Of a DNA stretch of 64,000 nt, positions 51,795 to 62,666 are shown piece after piece. The notes under the pieces were generated by a model that saw only the letters and a program-made list of their open reading frames with translations, had not been told where the DNA came from and ran no database searches. How positions within the stretch are numbered: the first letter of the stretch is position 1; every line of letters begins with the position of its first letter. The translations under genes were made by a program, and so were the position numbers. The stretch covers positions 22,781 through 86,780 of the forward strand of contig CAYUIJ010000002.1 of NCBI GenBank assembly GCA_964444735.1, given 5' to 3'. Origin of the DNA: an uncultured Bacteroides sp. GTDB taxonomy: Bacteria; Bacteroidota; Bacteroidia; Bacteroidales; Bacteroidaceae.

Positions 51795-54700
51795 ATGAAA
51801 AAAGAGAAGCAACGCCTATGGCCCGCAAGAAAAACATTGCTGCCGTTAGCGGGATGTCTGTTTGCAGTCCAGGCAATGACGGCATCCGCACCGAGAGAAA
51901 GAATTTGTACTTCAGTTTCCGGCGAAGTACTGCAATCCGCGTTCCTCACGGATTTGGATAACAAAATTACCCCCCCCCTCCCCTCTTTTGGACAAGACGA
52001 TGAGCAGCCCGTTATTATAAAGGGGCATGTCACTGACAAGCACAAGGACCCGCTGCCTGGCGTAACCATCCGTGTAGTAGGCACTCCGCTGGGAGGCATC
52101 AGCGATGACAAAGGGGATTTTTCGTTCAGACTGTCTGTCAAGAAAGACGCCCGCATCGTACTTGAGTTTTCCTTTATCGGCATGGAAACCAAAACCATCA
52201 CCTATAAGGGAGAGGAATATCTGAAAATCGAGTTGGAAAGCGGGTTTAACAAGCTCAACGAAGTTGTTGTCACCGGCTATCAGCAGCTTAACAAAGAAAG
52301 CTTCACAGGCAACGCCACCATTGTCAACCGTGACGAAATACTCAAGACAAACAATAAGAACGCCATTTCAGCCCTCCAGGCTTTCGACCCGTCTTTCCGT
52401 ATCCGCGAAAACACAATGTGGGGTTCCGACCCGAACTCCTTGCCCGAGATAAACATCCGCGGCGAGTCGTCCATCGGTCTGGAAAAAGGGCTGGATGTCG
52501 AGCAGCAGCGGCGTACCCAGCGCACCAACCTGCAAAACAATCCTAACATGCCTATCTTTATCCTTGATGGCTTTGAAGTGAACGTGCAGAAGATTTACGA
52601 CATGGATGTCAACCGCATTGAAAGCATGACCATCTTAAAGGATGCGGCGGCCACAGCCCTATATGGCTCGCGTGCCGCCAACGGCGTGGTGGTGGTGACA
52701 ACCGTGGCTCCCAAGCCCGGCGAGATGCAGATCAACTATAACTTTACCGGAGGCGTTGATCTTCCGGACCTCTCTGACTACAACCTGTGCAATGCCTACG
52801 AAAAGCTGGAGGTGGAGCGTCTGGCCGGTATTTACACCTCAAGCGATCCCTCCCAGCAGGTCATGCTTGACAAGCTGTACTATACCCGTCTGCGCAACAT
52901 ACAGCGGGGCGTGGAAACCGACTGGCTGGCCCAGCCCCTGCGCAATGTCTTCAACCATAAGCACAGCCTCAACATGCAAGGCGGTGTGGAAAGCATCCGT
53001 TACAGCATAGACCTTAGCTACGACAGTAACGAAGGCGTGATGAAAGGCTCGCACCGCTCACGCACGGGAGCCGGCTTCACTCTTGACTACCGCTCGAAAA
53101 AATGGCTGCAAATCCTTAACCAGATTACCTATGTGCGCACATCATCGGAAGATTCGCCCTATGGATCGTTTGACCAATATACCAGACTGCAGCCCTACCT
53201 CACTCCTTATGATGACAACGGCGCACTGAGCAAATACATGTACAACGGAATCACCGAACAAGACAACCCGCTCTGGAAAGTGCGCAGCCTGAACAGCTTC
53301 GCGGGGAAAGGCATAACCGAGAGCTTTACCGACAATCTTAGCGTAAACATGCTCTTCGGCAAGGGATTCCAGTTCAAGGGGCAGTTCAGTATCAACAAGG
53401 ATCTGAGCAAGAGCGATACGTTCAAGGATCCCGAAGATCCTTCCTTCAGAGGGTCTGTCGATGAGGAAAAAGGCTCGCTGGCACGCTCATCGGGCGATTC
53501 ATACAGCTGGAACCTGAACGCCATGATGTATTACAACAACTCTTTGGGCAAGCACTTCATCAACGCCACGGCCGGTGTCAACATAACCGAAAGCGCGAAC
53601 GAGAACACCGGAATGACGTTTACGGGCTTCCAGTTAGGCAACATGAACTCGCCGGCGTTCGCCGCCAAACAGCCTGACAAGACCAGTATCAGCAAAACCA
53701 GAGATCGCCTGGTAGGCTATCTGGCCTCCATCAACTATTCCTACGACAATATCTATTTGTTCGATGGTTCGTTCCGTCTTGACGGATCGTCCAACTTCGG
53801 CAAGGACAAGCGGTTCGCTCCTTTCTGGTCTGTCGGCGCGGGTATTAACATCCATAACTACGAATTCCTGCGTAACAGCCCGATTGTCAACATCCTGAAA
53901 CTAAGAGCCTCATACGGCAGCACAGGTAATGTAAACTTTCCGGCTTATTCGGCCATCACGACCTACAAGATCGACAGCAGCAACTGGTATTTCACCGGTC
54001 CGGCCACCAGCCTGATGGCCTTGGGCAACCCCCGTCTGACGTGGGAGACCACCAACACTTTCGATGCAGGTGTCACGCTGGCTTTCCTTGACAACCGCCT
54101 TTACATCGATGCCTCGTACTACCACAAGAAGACGGACGACATGATTGACGCCATTTCCGTTCAGACTTCGTCAGGTTTTTCGGAATATAAAGTCAATTCA
54201 GGCTCCATCCTGAACGAAGGCTTCGAAATCGATGTCAACGCCACTGTTTTCCGCAACAAGGACTGGATGGTGACCCTCAATGGAAATCTGGCATCCAACA
54301 AAAACACCATCAAGTCTCTCGGTGCCGAAATGAGAGCCTACAATCAGGAAATTCTTGATGCCTTCAACAACAAAAGCCAGGGAACTTATGGGGATCTGCT
54401 GAGCAGCCCTGTCATCCAGTATTACGAAGGAGCCTCCACCACAGCCATCTATGCCGTCCGCTCCGATGGAATAGACCCGGCAACCGGCAAGGAACGCTTT
54501 ATCAGGAAGAACGGAATGCCTACTTATGTGTGGGATGCCAATGATCAGGTGGTTGTGGGTGACACCAGCCCCGATGCCCAGGGAAGTTTCGGCATCAACG
54601 TAGGCTGGAAAGGCTTCTACGTCAACGCTTCGTTCCTGTATCAATGGGGCGGACAGACTTATAACGAGACCTTGCTGAACAAGGTTGAGCGAGCCGACAT

Positions 54701-55022
54701 ACAGAACTCGAACGTTGACCGCCGCGTGCTGACCGAGCGTTGGAAAAAGGTAGGAGACCTCGCGCCTTATTACGATATAGGAGCCACCAATGAGACACGC
54801 CCCACCTCGCGCTTTGTTCAGGACTACGATTTTCTGCGTTTCAACAGTCTGTCGGTCGGCTATGACTTTGAGCTGAAGACCATAGCGCGGTTCGGCTTAA
54901 AGAATCTGGGTATACGTTTCAACGCCAATGACCTTGCTTTCTGGTCAACAGTCAAGGAAGAGCGCGGTTTAGGGTATCCATATTCCAAAACATTCAACTT
55001 TACAATCAACATTGGTATCTAA
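51795..55022 (+). CDS. SusC/RagA TonB-dependent outer-membrane transporter
   Basis: N-terminal GHVTD...LPGVTI domain, EVVVTGY, LKDAAATALYGSRAANGVVVVTT plug motif, R.DGSSNFG, LKLRASYG.TGN. Confidence 0.96.
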   Translation: MKKEKQRLWPARKTLLPLAGCLFAVQAMTASAPRERICTSVSGEVLQSAFLTDLDNKITPPLPSFGQDDEQPVIIKGHVTDKHKDPLPGVTIRVVGTPLGGISDDKGDFSFRLSVKKDARIVLEFSFIGMETKTITYKGEEYLKIELESGFNKLNEVVVTGYQQLNKESFTGNATIVNRDEILKTNNKNAISALQAFDPSFRIRENTMWGSDPNSLPEINIRGESSIGLEKGLDVEQQRRTQRTNLQNNPNMPIFILDGFEVNVQKIYDMDVNRIESMTILKDAAATALYGSRAANGVVVVTTVAPKPGEMQINYNFTGGVDLPDLSDYNLCNAYEKLEVERLAGIYTSSDPSQQVMLDKLYYTRLRNIQRGVETDWLAQPLRNVFNHKHSLNMQGGVESIRYSIDLSYDSNEGVMKGSHRSRTGAGFTLDYRSKKWLQILNQITYVRTSSEDSPYGSFDQYTRLQPYLTPYDDNGALSKYMYNGITEQDNPLWKVRSLNSFAGKGITESFTDNLSVNMLFGKGFQFKGQFSINKDLSKSDTFKDPEDPSFRGSVDEEKGSLARSSGDSYSWNLNAMMYYNNSLGKHFINATAGVNITESANENTGMTFTGFQLGNMNSPAFAAKQPDKTSISKTRDRLVGYLASINYSYDNIYLFDGSFRLDGSSNFGKDKRFAPFWSVGAGINIHNYEFLRNSPIVNILKLRASYGSTGNVNFPAYSAITTYKIDSSNWYFTGPATSLMALGNPRLTWETTNTFDAGVTLAFLDNRLYIDASYYHKKTDDMIDAISVQTSSGFSEYKVNSGSILNEGFEIDVNATVFRNKDWMVTLNGNLASNKNTIKSLGAEMRAYNQEILDAFNNKSQGTYGDLLSSPVIQYYEGASTTAIYAVRSDGIDPATGKERFIRKNGMPTYVWDANDQVVVGDTSPDAQGSFGINVGWKGFYVNASFLYQWGGQTYNETLLNKVERADIQNSNVDRRVLTERWKKVGDLAPYYDIGATNETRPTSRFVQDYDFLRFNSLSVGYDFELKTIARFGLKNLGIRFNANDLAFWSTVKEERGLGYPYSKTFNFTINIGI

Positions 55023-55042
55023 GCACATAAACTTACTCAATT

Positions 55043-56605
55043 ATGAAACGATTATACATCTCAATGTTATTGACGGCTTCCGCCCTGCTGGGCGCGTCAT
55101 GCGACAACTGGCTGGACTTGCAGCCCGAAGGCGAAGCGACTCACGATAATCTTTACAGCACCGGATCGGGTTACCGTACGGTACTCAACGGCTTATACCG
55201 CAACATGGGCAAAAAGAATCTCTACGGCTGCCAACTCCAGTTTGGCCTGGTTGACTGCATGTCACAGCAATACGATTTAACCGATAACAACATAACACAG
55301 GATCAGACATGCGTCAAAGCCGGAGAATTCGACTACAATGACTACAACGTGGTAAGTGCCGCCGGAGGTGTATGGAGCAGTGCCTACAACATTATCGCTA
55401 CAGCCAACGACCTGCTGCAGGAAATCAAGAACGCCTCTCCCGACCTTTTCGAATACGGCGAGACGGAACGCGGCCTGATTGAAGGCGAAGCCTACGCGTG
55501 CCGCGCCTTGCTGCACTTTGACATGCTGCGTCTGTTCGCACCGGCTCCGGTCAACGATGACGGTCAGGCCTACGTGCCATACGTGGATACATATCCCGAT
55601 ATCACGGCATCCCGCATTCCGGTAAGCGATTTCCTGAAAAAAGTCATTGGCGACCTGGAAGAGGCACGCCGTCTGACCAAGCCGTTCGACACTTCTGACG
55701 AAGGCATCGAAGCCAATGCCACGGTGAGTTCCCGCTACGCCAAATCAGTGGGCAACCTGCCCCAGTTCCTGTGCGGACGCGGGCACCGCCTGAGCTACCA
55801 TGCCATTACGGCACTGCTGGCCCGTGTATACCAATATGCCGGAGGCACTGAATACGAAAGACTCGCCTTTGAATGCGCCAATGAAGTCATCAATCAAAAA
55901 ACGGCTAATGACCAGCCCTACTATTACGATGACTTCACGGGCATTAAATCAAACATCCAGGCAGGGCAGTCCCCAACGGCCCAGTTTGACAGCAAGGATG
56001 ATCTCAAGGCCAGATCCAGCCTGATATTTTCGGTCTATAATGAGGATTCGGCCGAGGAGAACAGCCTGGACTACTATTTCTACAGGCCTGAAGACGGGGG
56101 AGGACTGACCAGCAGCAGCTGGCTGCCGGTGCGCATCGACATTCTGTTTGGTGACGAGGCGGCCAGCGACCTGCGATCCGCACAATGGCTGTTTAATGGT
56201 GACGGCATCCATTACATATCGGGCAAATGGTATATGAACCCCACCGAAACCGTACGTGATGCCAATGCCAATATCCTGCCGGTTATCCGTCTGACGGAAA
56301 TGATTTACATCGCTGCCGAGTATCAGGCGAGAAACGGCCTTTTCACCGAGGCTTACGGACTATTGAACAGACTGCGCCGTGAGCGCGATCTGGGCGATCT
56401 CCCCCAGCAGTCCACATGGGAGGGATTTCAGGAAGACCTGATCAAGGAAGCACGCCGCGAATGGATTTCTGAGGGGCAGCTGTTCTACCTCTACAAGCGT
56501 CTGGATGCCGTGGTTCCCGTTAAAAACCGGACGGAAGGAGAAGTGACACGTCGCCTGACGCGGGCCGAGCTCAGCCTCCCGGTACCCAGTGACCAGATTA
56601 ACTAA
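55043..56605 (+). CDS. SusD/RagB lipoprotein
   Basis: LGASC-DNWLDLQP lipobox, GEAYACRALLHFDMLRLF, IRLTEMIYIAAE, EWISEGQ. Confidence 0.95.
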   Translation: MKRLYISMLLTASALLGASCDNWLDLQPEGEATHDNLYSTGSGYRTVLNGLYRNMGKKNLYGCQLQFGLVDCMSQQYDLTDNNITQDQTCVKAGEFDYNDYNVVSAAGGVWSSAYNIIATANDLLQEIKNASPDLFEYGETERGLIEGEAYACRALLHFDMLRLFAPAPVNDDGQAYVPYVDTYPDITASRIPVSDFLKKVIGDLEEARRLTKPFDTSDEGIEANATVSSRYAKSVGNLPQFLCGRGHRLSYHAITALLARVYQYAGGTEYERLAFECANEVINQKTANDQPYYYDDFTGIKSNIQAGQSPTAQFDSKDDLKARSSLIFSVYNEDSAEENSLDYYFYRPEDGGGLTSSSWLPVRIDILFGDEAASDLRSAQWLFNGDGIHYISGKWYMNPTETVRDANANILPVIRLTEMIYIAAEYQARNGLFTEAYGLLNRLRRERDLGDLPQQSTWEGFQEDLIKEARREWISEGQLFYLYKRLDAVVPVKNRTEGEVTRRLTRAELSLPVPSDQIN

Positions 56606-56636
56606 TTGTCAAAAAAACGCCAAAACTCTCGAATAT

Positions 56637-57419
56637 ATGAAATACACCATATTTACATTATTCCTTATAGCTTTTGCAGGCCTGTTTCAAGCCTGCTCCA
56701 AAGATGACATTGAAGTATTTCACGGGAAACAGCAGATCTACTTCGACAAGTTCTATATAAATGCCATCGCTCCGGGCACCGAAACCGCCGACTCAACGGT
56801 GGAATCGTTCGGAATCTATCCGGAGGAGACGCAGCAGATCAGTGCCAAAGTGGTTGTATGCCTGTCAGGCACTATTCCTACAGAGGACATACAGTTCCAG
56901 CTGAAAACGGCGGAAGGCACCACAATGGAAAGCAGCGAGTATTCGCTTGACGACTTCTATACCTTTCATGCAGGAAAAGTCACTGGCAGCTCAACCGACA
57001 TACGTGACACCATTGAAATAAAGCTGAACAGGAGCGGCCGTCTGGAAAGTGCGGGCGAGCAAGGCATACGCCTCGTTGTGGAGCTGGTTCCCAACGACAA
57101 GGTGGATTTAGGGCAGTATGAGCGCCGCCGGGCAGTTATTGTGAGCACCTTGTATCCCGCACGCCCGGCATGGTGGGATCCCGGCACCGACATTGGTGCG
57201 GAAGTCATCTATACCCTCTTGGGTGAGTATTCACCACAGAAATACATCCTGTTCATGCAACATGCCGACATTGACAACGAAATGTCTGAAGAACTGATTA
57301 CCCACCATCCGGACAGAGCTCTCGCATTGGCGCGAATCTTTAAGGAGTGGCTGGTTGAAAACCTCGGTGATCCGGAGAACGGGGCTCTGTACAAGGAAAT
57401 CCTCGACTCCCTGCCCTAA
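56637..57419 (+). CDS. DUF4843-like lipoprotein
   Basis: FQAC lipobox, RPAWW...LGEYSPQKY motif; follows susD. Start at MKYTI. Confidence 0.75.
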   Translation: MKYTIFTLFLIAFAGLFQACSKDDIEVFHGKQQIYFDKFYINAIAPGTETADSTVESFGIYPEETQQISAKVVVCLSGTIPTEDIQFQLKTAEGTTMESSEYSLDDFYTFHAGKVTGSSTDIRDTIEIKLNRSGRLESAGEQGIRLVVELVPNDKVDLGQYERRRAVIVSTLYPARPAWWDPGTDIGAEVIYTLLGEYSPQKYILFMQHADIDNEMSEELITHHPDRALALARIFKEWLVENLGDPENGALYKEILDSLP

Positions 57420-57452
57420 TTGAAAGTCTAATTTATTAAAACGTATTCCAAT

Positions 57453-59159
57453 ATGAAACGACCTGTATTATTGACGGCATTGCTCTCCGGCCTGCTGCTG
57501 GGGGCGTGCTTTGATGACGATGGCAATTACGGCTACAAGCACCTTGACGCTCCCGTCTGGAAAATCAACGACAACGAAGCCATCAGTATTTCCTGCCGTG
57601 AGGGAGCGGATGAGGAAGTCTATTTCAATGGCGGCGACTATTACACCTGGGGAGATGCCGATTCGCTGCAAAGGGCATCTGAAGTGCGCTACGAATGGAA
57701 AATCAACGGTATAGTCATTGCTACCGAGCCCAGTGTAAGGATGCCTGTGACCGAGTTCATTCAGAAAGCCGGAATCACTTCGTTCGGGAGTGACATCCCC
57801 GGCAGTTTCGCCATTATCGAAAAAGAAACGGATATCGTATACATGGTCTCGGTGCGTGTCAGTATCTCCAAGATCCACGGCATAGGCGACTGGGTAGTGC
57901 TTTCCGAACAGCCGGACGGATCGTCCAAACTGTCGTTTATCAAACGCCGGAGTGTGCAACAGGAAAACCAAAGCAGACAGTATTATTTTGAATTACAGGA
58001 CAATTACTACGAGGAAATCAACGGCAGCGGCATTCCCGGATCGCCATGGTCCATGGCCTATTCCTATGGAGCCACCAACGTCAGCGAACTGGGTTCCTTG
58101 AGTGTATTGACATCGCAGGGAGCATACGAAATCAATCCGGAAACCTTTCTTAAGGTGCAGGAAATAAAGGAGGATTTCTCGGGCACCCCTCCCGATGACC
58201 TGATCATCACCGACCGTCAGGACGCTTGGGGAGGTTCGAACGGTACAGGCGGTTTGCTTTCGCTCATCTCAACGCAAGACGGCCGCGTGTTCACCAAGAC
58301 AATGACTAAGAACAATCTGGGCGGAAGTTTTATAAGCGAGCCTTATGTGGCCGATGAGAAAGGATACAAAATCACCGGCTTTGGCAGTACCCGGACGGGC
58401 TACACGTGCGTTCCCTGTTATGACGAAAAGAATCACCGCGTTATGGGTGTCTTCTTCCAGCAAAGCGGAGACTCTCAAGAATATTTTCCAGGTATGAGTC
58501 AGCCTGTCGGCCCCCAGTTCATGATCTCAAAAATGTATCCTCTCAGGCAACCGTCTTTTCCCGTAAGCGGTGTGCCGCCAGTGGAGAACATGCCCGATGA
58601 CACGGAAATCCTTTCCATCGGCATGTGCGGGAACTACTATTACGGTATGGGTTTTTCAGGAACAGATTATTATTTGATAGGAATGGTTTACAATACGCAA
58701 GGCCGCACCATGCTGGGCAAGTGTGCTGTCATATATGATAAAAACAATGCCGGACTTTTAGGAGATGTTCCTAATGTCAACACCCTCCGTGAATTTCCAG
58801 GAGGAAACCTTGACAGGTCATCGGTCATTCTGTTTGTCTCGTGGTATAGCAGACAACACCGTTTGCTGTATTCCAAAGGAAACAAGGTGTTCTTTTTAAA
58901 CAGCAATAATGACTATGCTCAATCATTGTGCATCGAGCTTCCGGACAGCAGTGACAAGATAACGTGCATGAAATGTGGAATTGTCTTAAACTATAACGAA
59001 CTGCTCATCGGCACGGAAAAAGGAAAGATCTATTACTACGACAGTATAAACAACGCAGAGCCACAGTTGCGCTCAACCCTTGACGTGCAGGGAAAAGTGG
59101 TCGACTTAAAGGAATTATTCGATTATGAACATGGCGATTCCGATAAAGATAACTATTAA
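57453..59159 (+). CDS. PKD-like family surface lipoprotein (probable C-terminal beta-propeller)
   Basis: LGAC-FDDDGNYGY, YEWKING, WVVLSE...SKLSFI, C-terminal G+IYYY...GKVVD. Confidence 0.75.
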   Translation: MKRPVLLTALLSGLLLGACFDDDGNYGYKHLDAPVWKINDNEAISISCREGADEEVYFNGGDYYTWGDADSLQRASEVRYEWKINGIVIATEPSVRMPVTEFIQKAGITSFGSDIPGSFAIIEKETDIVYMVSVRVSISKIHGIGDWVVLSEQPDGSSKLSFIKRRSVQQENQSRQYYFELQDNYYEEINGSGIPGSPWSMAYSYGATNVSELGSLSVLTSQGAYEINPETFLKVQEIKEDFSGTPPDDLIITDRQDAWGGSNGTGGLLSLISTQDGRVFTKTMTKNNLGGSFISEPYVADEKGYKITGFGSTRTGYTCVPCYDEKNHRVMGVFFQQSGDSQEYFPGMSQPVGPQFMISKMYPLRQPSFPVSGVPPVENMPDDTEILSIGMCGNYYYGMGFSGTDYYLIGMVYNTQGRTMLGKCAVIYDKNNAGLLGDVPNVNTLREFPGGNLDRSSVILFVSWYSRQHRLLYSKGNKVFFLNSNNDYAQSLCIELPDSSDKITCMKCGIVLNYNELLIGTEKGKIYYYDSINNAEPQLRSTLDVQGKVVDLKELFDYEHGDSDKDNY

Positions 59160-59202
59160 AAGGATGCCCGGTGCATAGTGAGCATTGACGGTATGCGGCT
59201 GC

Positions 59203-59240
59203 ACCCTCTAAGGTCAGGTTTCGGCCTGGCCTTAGAGGGT
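59203..59240 (+). other. 17-bp hairpin with UUCG loop
   Basis: ACCCTCTAAGGTCAGGT-TTCG-GCCTGGCCTTAGAGGGT (two G-U pairs); no U tract. Confidence 0.75.
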
Positions 59241-59366
59241 ACGTGAAGAAGGGCAATGACACGGACCGTCCGGCCATGCAAAGACTAAACGCCCGGGACA
59301 GGCAGATAAAGGGTTCTGCCGCCTGGCCTGAGGCAACATAAAAACTGACAGAACCCGCTTTTACCT

Positions 59367-60296
59367 ATGCTTATGGAAGAACCTGTTGTCAAAGTCAGTC
59401 ATCTGTCACACCGGTACAGTGTCCAGTGGGCAATCAAGGATATCAATCTTGAAATTACCAGACATGGCATTTACGGACTGCTTGGCTCCAACGGTGCCGG
59501 CAAGTCCACCATTATGAACATCATGTGCGGGGTGCTGAGGCAGACCGGGGGTGATGTCCTTATACGCGGCTACAGTATCAGCAAGGATCCGGTGGAAGCC
59601 AAGCGCCGTATCGGCTTCCTGCCTCAGACTCCTCCGCTTCATCCGGATCTTACTGTGACCGAGTACCTGCAATATTGTGCCTCGCTGCGCTACATTGACC
59701 GCCGCGACATACCCAAGGCCGTTGACGATGTACTTGAGCGTTGTCATCTGGGCCATTTCCGCAAGCGGCTTATCCGAAACCTCTCAGGAGGTTACCAGCA
59801 GCGTGTGGGCATTGCCCAGGCCATTATTCACAACCCCGACTTTGTAATACTTGATGAGCCTACCAATGGTCTGGATCCCAACCAGATTCTTGATGTCAGA
59901 CACCTCATTAAGGAAATCGCGGAGAAGCATACCGTGATACTTTCAACCCATATCTTGTCTGAAGTGCAAGCCATTTGCAACTATATTTACATGATTGAAC
60001 AGGGCCGTCTGGTTTTCGCAGGCACCGTAGACGAGTTTGACAATTACATTGTGCCCGATTCGCTGTTTGTCAGTCTCATGGCCATGCCATCCGTAGAAGA
60101 GCTGCGCAGAGTGCCCGGCGTGCTTGACGCCGAAGAACTGGGAGGTCCCAATTACCGTATCAGGTTCAACGACTATCAGGAAGTGACCAGCCGGCTTATT
60201 GAAACCAGTGTCGCCTGCAACTGGTATCTTACCGAACTCTATGTCGAAAAAAGCTCAATGAACGCGGTGTTTGCCGAATTGTCCAAAAAGAAATGA
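59367..60296 (+). CDS. ABC-2 exporter ATP-binding subunit (GldA-like)
   Basis: GSNGAGKST, LSGGYQQRVG, ILDEPTNGLDP, STH. Confidence 0.95.
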   Translation: MLMEEPVVKVSHLSHRYSVQWAIKDINLEITRHGIYGLLGSNGAGKSTIMNIMCGVLRQTGGDVLIRGYSISKDPVEAKRRIGFLPQTPPLHPDLTVTEYLQYCASLRYIDRRDIPKAVDDVLERCHLGHFRKRLIRNLSGGYQQRVGIAQAIIHNPDFVILDEPTNGLDPNQILDVRHLIKEIAEKHTVILSTHILSEVQAICNYIYMIEQGRLVFAGTVDEFDNYIVPDSLFVSLMAMPSVEELRRVPGVLDAEELGGPNYRIRFNDYQEVTSRLIETSVACNWYLTELYVEKSSMNAVFAELSKKK

Positions 60297-60348
60297 CAAC
60301 GAAATCCTGTTCCTGAACAAGATAAGAATCCTTAAAGAAAATTCATAT

Positions 60349-62643
60349 ATGAGAATCATTTACAAAATAGCCAAGACCGAGTTGCAAATTCTGTTCTTCT
60401 CGCCCATTGCATGGCTCATCCTGATATTGTTTACTTTCCAGACAAGCATGGACTTTGTCAATATACTCGACCAGTTCATACGCAACAAGGCCATGGGATA
60501 CCCCTTAATGAACGTCACCAGCTCGCTCTATGGCGGATGGGACGGAATATTCGTGTCCGTACAAGGCAGTCTCTACTTATATATTCCGCTGCTCACCATG
60601 AATCTGATGAGCCGTGAACTCAGCAGCGGTTCCATCAAACTGCTGTATTCATCGCCTGTCACCAACGCGCAAATCATTTTGGGCAAGTACCTGTCTATGA
60701 TCGCGTATGCCTTAATTCTGATCGCTGTTTTAACGGTTTACGTGATTTATGGAGCCTGTACCATTGATCATTTTGACTTGCCTTTCGTTCTCAGCGGCTT
60801 ATCAGGCTTGTTCCTGCTGACAGCCACGTATGCCGCCATCGGTCTGCTGATGTCAAGTCTGACCTCCTACCAGATAGTAGCCGCTGTCGGCACCTTGGGC
60901 ATACTCAGCCTTCTTAACTATATCAGCGGATGGTGGCAGGATGTGGCTTTCATACGTGATCTCACTTACTGGCTGGCTCTTCCGGGACGCTCCATGCAGT
61001 TCGTACAAGGCATGATTTGCACCGAGAACGTACTTTACTTCCTGCTTGTCATTGCCCTTTTCATAGGGATGGCCATTCTGCGCCTGCAATCCCGCCGCCA
61101 GAAAAAGAGCCGGACACTTGTTTGCGGGCAATACATGGCCATTTGGGCACTGGCCCTGTGCATCGGCTATATCTCATCGCGCCCGGCCATGAAAAAATAC
61201 TATGACGCCACGGCAACCAAAGCCAACACAATCACTCCCAACAGCCAAGACATTGTGGCCCGCCTGAAAGGCAACGTGACGATTACCACCTACGTCAACC
61301 TGCTTGATAAGTATTTCTGGATCGGAATGCCCGGACGCGTCAATGATGACCTTAAAAGCTTTGAGCAATACCTGCGTTTCAAGCCCGACATCAAAATGAA
61401 ATATGTCTACTATTACGACAAGGCCAGCAACCCCTCATTCGACCAGCATTTTCCCGGACTGACCGTTCAGGAAAAGTTTGAAAAAATGATTTCGATCAAC
61501 AACTTTGATCCCGATCTCTTTCTTACTCCCGAAGAATTCAAAAAACTGGGCGTAGACCTTTCGGGAGAGGAAAACCGCTTTGTCCGCCAGATTGAATATG
61601 ACGGCAAGAAAACATTCCTGCGCGTATTTGATGACAATATGATTTTTCCTACCGAAGCGGAAATCTCAGCCGCCCTCAAACGCCTGGTGATGCGACTGCC
61701 CAAAGTAGGATTTCTCACCGGCCACGATGAACGCCCGACAGACAACTATGGCGAACGCTCATACAGCATATTTGCCCAAATGCGCACGTTCCGCCACTCA
61801 CTCATCAACCAGGGATTCGACTATACGGACGCGACACTTGCTCAGGAGATTCCCGATGACATTGATATTTTAGTTATAGCCGAGATGCGTGAGCCTTTGA
61901 ATGATACCGAACAGGCCAATCTCGAAAAATACATCGCACGCGGCGGAAACCTTCTTATTGCCGGAGAGCCCGGACGGCAGTCGGTCATGAATCCGATAAC
62001 CGGGCCGTTGGGCGTGAAATTCATGGACGGCCGCATTGTACATCCCACCGTGGAATATCCGGCCGATCTCATTTTAGCCGGGCCGACACCTGAATCCGGC
62101 CGGCTGACTTACTGGTTTGAACAATTGTACGGCCGCAAATACGGCATTGTCATGCCAGGCGTTGTTCCGCTTGAATACACCACCGACAAAGGATTTGACA
62201 TTACCACCGTGCTACAGACCGATTCCGCCGGCTACTGGAACGAACTGACCACCACCGACTTTATTGACCAGACGGCTGAGCTGAATCCCGAAAAAGGGGA
62301 AGTCGAAAAAATGTACCCATTGGCACTTGCCCTGTCCCGTCAAGTGGGCGGAAAAAGACAAAAGATTCTCATTACAGGCGATGCCGACTGCATCAGCAAC
62401 GGTGAAATTACCCGCTCACGCCCCGGCATACAGGCTTACAACTACTATCTGATTTCAGGTGGTTTCCATTGGCTGTCTGACAATGAAGTCCCTGTAGACA
62501 TCCGGCGTCCGATCGCTCCCGACACCAGCATACTGCTTACCGAAAGCAGCCTGTCAGTCACACGTGCGGTCCTGATGTGGGCCTGGCCGGTAATCATGCT
62601 GCTCACCGCCGTCATCATTTGGCTCAGACGCCGGGGCAGGTAA
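60349..62643 (+). CDS. Fused ABC-2 permease + periplasmic auxiliary domain (GldF-GldG-like)
   Basis: FFSPIAW, E..SGSIKLLYSSP..ILGKY permease; GFLTGHDER, GGNLLI, TGDAD GldG-like motifs; C-terminal TM + RRRGR. Start at MRIIY. Confidence 0.9.
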   Translation: MRIIYKIAKTELQILFFSPIAWLILILFTFQTSMDFVNILDQFIRNKAMGYPLMNVTSSLYGGWDGIFVSVQGSLYLYIPLLTMNLMSRELSSGSIKLLYSSPVTNAQIILGKYLSMIAYALILIAVLTVYVIYGACTIDHFDLPFVLSGLSGLFLLTATYAAIGLLMSSLTSYQIVAAVGTLGILSLLNYISGWWQDVAFIRDLTYWLALPGRSMQFVQGMICTENVLYFLLVIALFIGMAILRLQSRRQKKSRTLVCGQYMAIWALALCIGYISSRPAMKKYYDATATKANTITPNSQDIVARLKGNVTITTYVNLLDKYFWIGMPGRVNDDLKSFEQYLRFKPDIKMKYVYYYDKASNPSFDQHFPGLTVQEKFEKMISINNFDPDLFLTPEEFKKLGVDLSGEENRFVRQIEYDGKKTFLRVFDDNMIFPTEAEISAALKRLVMRLPKVGFLTGHDERPTDNYGERSYSIFAQMRTFRHSLINQGFDYTDATLAQEIPDDIDILVIAEMREPLNDTEQANLEKYIARGGNLLIAGEPGRQSVMNPITGPLGVKFMDGRIVHPTVEYPADLILAGPTPESGRLTYWFEQLYGRKYGIVMPGVVPLEYTTDKGFDITTVLQTDSAGYWNELTTTDFIDQTAELNPEKGEVEKMYPLALALSRQVGGKRQKILITGDADCISNGEITRSRPGIQAYNYYLISGGFHWLSDNEVPVDIRRPIAPDTSILLTESSLSVTRAVLMWAWPVIMLLTAVIIWLRRRGR

Positions 62644-62666
62644 TTCACTTAAAGATTTAAAACGAC

